Both the position numbers and the translations under genes were made by a program. The notes under the pieces are model-generated. The model had not been told where the DNA came from, did not search any database, and saw only the letters and a list, made by a program, of their open reading frames with translations. Below, in pieces: positions 59,961 to 64,000 of a stretch of 64,000 nt of DNA. This DNA is from Eukaryota sp. TZLM1-RC (lineage: Eukaryota > Protista > Metamonada: BaSk clade): assembly GCA_040285825.1 (NCBI GenBank), contig JAUPSS010000011.1, positions 62,001-126,000 on the forward strand, given 5' to 3'. Numbering within the stretch: the first letter of the stretch is position 1; each line of letters opens with the position of its first letter.

Positions 59961-61466
59961 CTCAAAATCAAAGATTTGATAATCATTCCTTAATTGAAAA
60001 CTCTATAATTGAAACAAAACACAGGCCATATAGTTTAAAAATACCAAATTGAAAACTGACAGAATTGAAACAGTTTTAGGGAGCTACTTGAAACAAGCAG
60101 ACATCTTTTTTTTATGTTCATTACAAGTATTGCTGTTATGTTTTTTTCCCTTTGCAACAAAGTACCTTCCTCTCCATCTTGCTTCTTGAAAACCTGCCCT
60201 TTCGTGTTACAAAAAAAAGGCCCTCCTAATGCTTTTTTTATCATTTTATCATACTGCTCTACGTTGTCTCCTTCTTCATTGTTGATTGTACTGGATGTTT
60301 TTCCACTCGTTACATTATCCATTGAAACATCAATTTGAAGACACATGAGTTCGATTCCCACGAACGTTTGGTTCCTTGATCAATTTGTTTTGACTATCGC
60401 AAAATGTTCACATTTCTCTTGTGGTAAAAAACTTGCTGTCACCTTTACAACGCTTTAAGAGTTTCTCAGACCACCGCTTAGTAATGTAAATCAAAAGATT
60501 GTAATCTCTCTTTTTGAACGTTGCGTCAATTGTCATTGAAATAGAATGGTGTGTGTGGCTCATAATATTCAATTTAGCATCACTTTTTTGTTGGATGTTG
60601 CTAGCACAATCGATCGTATATGTGATAAAAAGCTTACTGTCGGATTTAAAATGCTCTTGAAGCTCATCAGATGACCGCTTAGTGATGTCAATCATGTACA
60701 TTTTTGCTTCCCACTGATTGTTCAGTGTCCTTTTGAAATATTGTCCGCTGAAATTGGAGAAGTTGGTGAAATTATATTGAATTGTCGTAGTAGTTAGCTT
60801 AATAATAAACGCTTGAGTTTTCTTTAAAGAATTAATGTTACATATTTTCAAATTCTTCTTAAATGACAACCGTTGTTAAAGCACGGATAATGTTCATACG
60901 ATAACAAATTCATTTTTTATACTATTCGGGAATTCTATTTGAAGAAGAAGGTTCTGACGAACCAATAGAGCACTTTTTCATCAAGGAACTGGTTTCTGTC
61001 GAATTGTGTGTCCAAAACCACGGATTTGATGACCGCGCCATTCTTATTATTCTTATTATTAGAGTTATAAGAGACATTGAAACACAGTTTGAACAAAAGA
61101 AGTGCAAAAATTTTTAGACAAACAATTTGAGGTTGTATTCCAGTGTATCGCATGTATAAATTGCTGTTGCAAAATAAATAGAAGGTTTCTCTGACTGTGA
61201 AGTTTTTCCATGATATCTCTCTGTAATTGAAACAAAATGTATTTAACCTGAATGTTTGGAGTGAGATTTCAATTCCAGATTAATTCAAATTGAAACAAAG
61301 ATAAATTGATCATTCTCTTTTGAAGCAAATACACTTCCGATGCAGTCTAGTTCAATGCCATATGTCCTGGCCACACACTATTGTATCACTTATTTTCAAT
61401 TGTATAAAATTTTTGATTTCATCTCATTTAGGAACTGGGGTAATTGTAAACTTACTTTTCAATCCA

Positions 61467-63494
61467 ATGCGTTCTCTTGTTGCCCACAACACTATCCGTG
61501 ATCTTTCTTTAGCTCTATTCCTACTAGTTGTTTTTTGGTTCACATTAAGTAAACGGGTCGATGTATCAGCTAGACTGGAGTTCATTATTCCAAACACTCA
61601 TAAAACCACACTTACCAGTAAATATTCTCTCGATCTACCATCTCCTATAATATCAAAACTTGACGGAAAGCAGAACTATCTTGTCAAACTTTCTGGAGAA
61701 CCAAAGCTTACGGTCTATGATTTGACCAGCAAATCAGCAACTCTCCCAAGAAGGACACAGAAACCATCAAGACCAAAACCCATATCTTCAGTCCCTCTAC
61801 CGACCTCTTCCTTTCCAGTAGCACTAGTGTCTGGAGCTCTTACCAATTCCCAACATGATGTGGATTTGGGACATGAGCCATTGGAAGGAGAGGTTATTAT
61901 TGTGGTGACTGAAGACTTTGGTGTTTTTTGCTTTGACCAGCACCTCAACCTTTTATGGGACTCTCACCTTTATCATGACGTCCAGGATGCACTACATGAC
62001 CTTGCTACCTTTGAGATCGCTGTAACCGTTGTTCCTCAAAGGATTGTGGTGGGCGATGAAGGTTGTGTGGTTGTTGCGGTACGACCAAGAAAGGTAACTC
62101 ATCGTGATACTGATTCAGATCTTTCCCCTTTTGATGATGAACTAATTTCCCACGTGGATTACTTTGCTTTTGCTGGGAGAACTGGCGAGGAAAGATGGTG
62201 CCACGTGGCAAGTGATGACGTCAGCAGGGAGTCAGGAATAACTGATTTATGGGAAATTGATGAACGCATGTCTGCAAGTAGTTTTGGTCATTCACATCAC
62301 CACACAGAAAATGATTGGAGAGTCTTTAGAAGCTCTGTTCTTAACTCCCTTCCTTTTTCTTGGTCAGGACCTCTTGATTCTAAAATAGATAGCGAATTCT
62401 TCATCACAGATGATAAACTCACTGAGGAAATTGCCAAGGGTTCTTTTGGTGACGCACATGAACAATTAGCTAGAGACTCTTATTCGCCTTTCTTAACTAT
62501 TCAACAGCAGCGTAATGTTTTTTCAGTTAAGTTATTACATTATCAATTGAAAAAAGATAAAGTTTTTGATAACGTAATTATCGGAAGTTTTGGAAATGGT
62601 ATTGAAGTTGTTCATCTTTATACGGGAAAAGTACTTGCTCATTTAACCCTACTCAGCGATAAATCTAGTTATGCTGACGTCAACGATGATGGTTTGATTG
62701 AACGTGTAGAAGTCCAAGAGGTTAGTAATGATCACGATGACAATTTCCAACCCTGTCGCGTAGTTGTAACTTCTCTTTCTTCAAAACATGAGGTTCTGTG
62801 GGAATCTAGTATATGTCACCTTCATGAAGATGTGGTAGAGCGAGTTGTGGGTTCTGCAACAGAGAATATAGCTGGTTCCGGATCAGGAAGGAGGGTCAAA
62901 AAGAGAGGTCAAAAAGAGAAGGTATCACGTGATGCTCAAGTCATGTTAGATGCAACGTCACCTTTGATTGATAAAGAAGAGAAGTTGATTGTGTTTTCGA
63001 CATCTGATGGGTTATTGACTGCCTACACAACGGAAGGTTTCCTTTCTTGGCAGTCGCATAATGGAGCTGAATGGAACCCAAGTGATGTTAGCTTTGCACC
63101 CTCACTCAAAAAGGTATCAATCAATCAAAAAGTTGATTGTTACCTTTCCTTTTCCGATCACTCTGTTCGGATGGTTACTTCTAAGGGGGAATTCTTGGTA
63201 GATATCCCTATTACAGACCACCTTTCCTCTCAGGTTACTGTTGGGGATGTGTCTAATCGTGGAATTTCTTCAGTAATCGTACCTTGTAACAAATTCATCA
63301 AAGTGTACTCACTCAAAATTCACCACCAAGCAAATGCCATGGCTAGGGCAGTCTTAATTACTATATTAGTTTCTGTTGTTATTGTAGTTGGAGGGGTTCA
63401 AGTGTCACTAAGGAAGAGAACACTTCATGACTTAGTTGGTGATAAAGAGGAAGAAATAGAAGAAGTAGAAGAAGTAGAAGATTTTGAGCTCTGA
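61467..63494 (+). CDS. FG-GAP/beta-propeller type I membrane protein (resembles the plant NERD1 family)
   Basis: Signal-like N-terminus from the ATG at 61467; VFCFD..L.LLW, YFAF.G.TGE.RW, FR.SVL..LP.SW, GIEVVHL.TG, ADVNDDG; C-terminal TM. Confidence 0.75.
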   Translation: MRSLVAHNTIRDLSLALFLLVVFWFTLSKRVDVSARLEFIIPNTHKTTLTSKYSLDLPSPIISKLDGKQNYLVKLSGEPKLTVYDLTSKSATLPRRTQKPSRPKPISSVPLPTSSFPVALVSGALTNSQHDVDLGHEPLEGEVIIVVTEDFGVFCFDQHLNLLWDSHLYHDVQDALHDLATFEIAVTVVPQRIVVGDEGCVVVAVRPRKVTHRDTDSDLSPFDDELISHVDYFAFAGRTGEERWCHVASDDVSRESGITDLWEIDERMSASSFGHSHHHTENDWRVFRSSVLNSLPFSWSGPLDSKIDSEFFITDDKLTEEIAKGSFGDAHEQLARDSYSPFLTIQQQRNVFSVKLLHYQLKKDKVFDNVIIGSFGNGIEVVHLYTGKVLAHLTLLSDKSSYADVNDDGLIERVEVQEVSNDHDDNFQPCRVVVTSLSSKHEVLWESSICHLHEDVVERVVGSATENIAGSGSGRRVKKRGQKEKVSRDAQVMLDATSPLIDKEEKLIVFSTSDGLLTAYTTEGFLSWQSHNGAEWNPSDVSFAPSLKKVSINQKVDCYLSFSDHSVRMVTSKGEFLVDIPITDHLSSQVTVGDVSNRGISSVIVPCNKFIKVYSLKIHHQANAMARAVLITILVSVVIVVGGVQVSLRKRTLHDLVGDKEEEIEEVEEVEDFEL

Positions 63495-64000
63495 GTTTGT
63501 AAGAAACAATGTCTTATAAATTGCTATTCACTATTTATGATTTGATCTTTGAAAGTAAACATTTGTGTTTTGATTGCTCATATGAGAGATTTTGTTAGAA
63601 TCTACTATTTTCAATTCACATGAACTAACTATTTTGAGAACGAACAGAACTTTGTTTATGATCTATTTATTTATGATTGACCATCAAAACCGTATTGTTC
63701 AAACAATAAAGAAAAAAGTATTTATGTGAAATTTAATATTTACTTTATAAGATACAAATAATTGGAAATTTTCTTCTCACTGGTTAATTAATTTCATACA
63801 TTAGCAATGTGTGAATCACTATGCGATACTTCAATTATGTAGGCAAAATCAAATAAATCAAAAGAAAATCAAATAGAATAGTGCAAAAAATATACAAAAG
63901 CTTTGAATAAATATACAGTTAACCAAATTAAAAAATACCATAAAAAACTCAAACATTATGCATGACATAACGAGAGTAATCAAGCTTGCCATCCTTGACA

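Noticed and set aside
61320-61466. N-terminal extension of the FG-GAP protein given by the ORF track
   Set aside because: It starts at TTG; the ATG at 61467 precedes a signal-like segment and is the more plausible start
1-64000. CRISPR array or prokaryotic operon
   Set aside because: No regularly spaced repeats; introns, poly(A) signals and gene content are eukaryotic

Overview
AT-rich eukaryotic (protist) genomic DNA in the standard genetic code. Compact host genes with tiny 28-36 nt spliceosomal introns alternate with dense islands of nested transposon debris. Host genes: longin R-SNARE (VAMP7-like), RWP-RK transcription factor, RPL19, SAS-4/CPAP-like TCP10-domain protein, RRM protein, long coiled-coil protein, CDT2/DTL-like WD40 protein head-to-head with BuGZ/ZNF207, amino-acid transporter, M3 peptidase, tRNA-Glu(TTC), FG-GAP-repeat membrane protein. 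Mobile DNA: (i) a very young full-length Ty3/Gypsy chromovirus-like LTR element (9950-17632; identical 188-bp LTRs, TATT TSD) carrying an unexplained ~600-aa domain between RNase H and integrase, with a possible self-priming signal in place of a tRNA PBS; (ii) about 15 copies or fragments of at least five families of CRE-like RLE non-LTR retrotransposons, six with 10-14 bp TSDs at unrelated sites; (iii) seven disrupted Fanzor (eukaryotic TnpB-like) loci from about four families, two followed by structured candidate omega-RNAs, and one lying in frame behind a CRE reverse transcriptase whose own endonuclease is deleted; (iv) hAT remnants and an internally deleted MULE with 64-bp TIRs. All family assignments come from motif recognition by eye; no database search was run.
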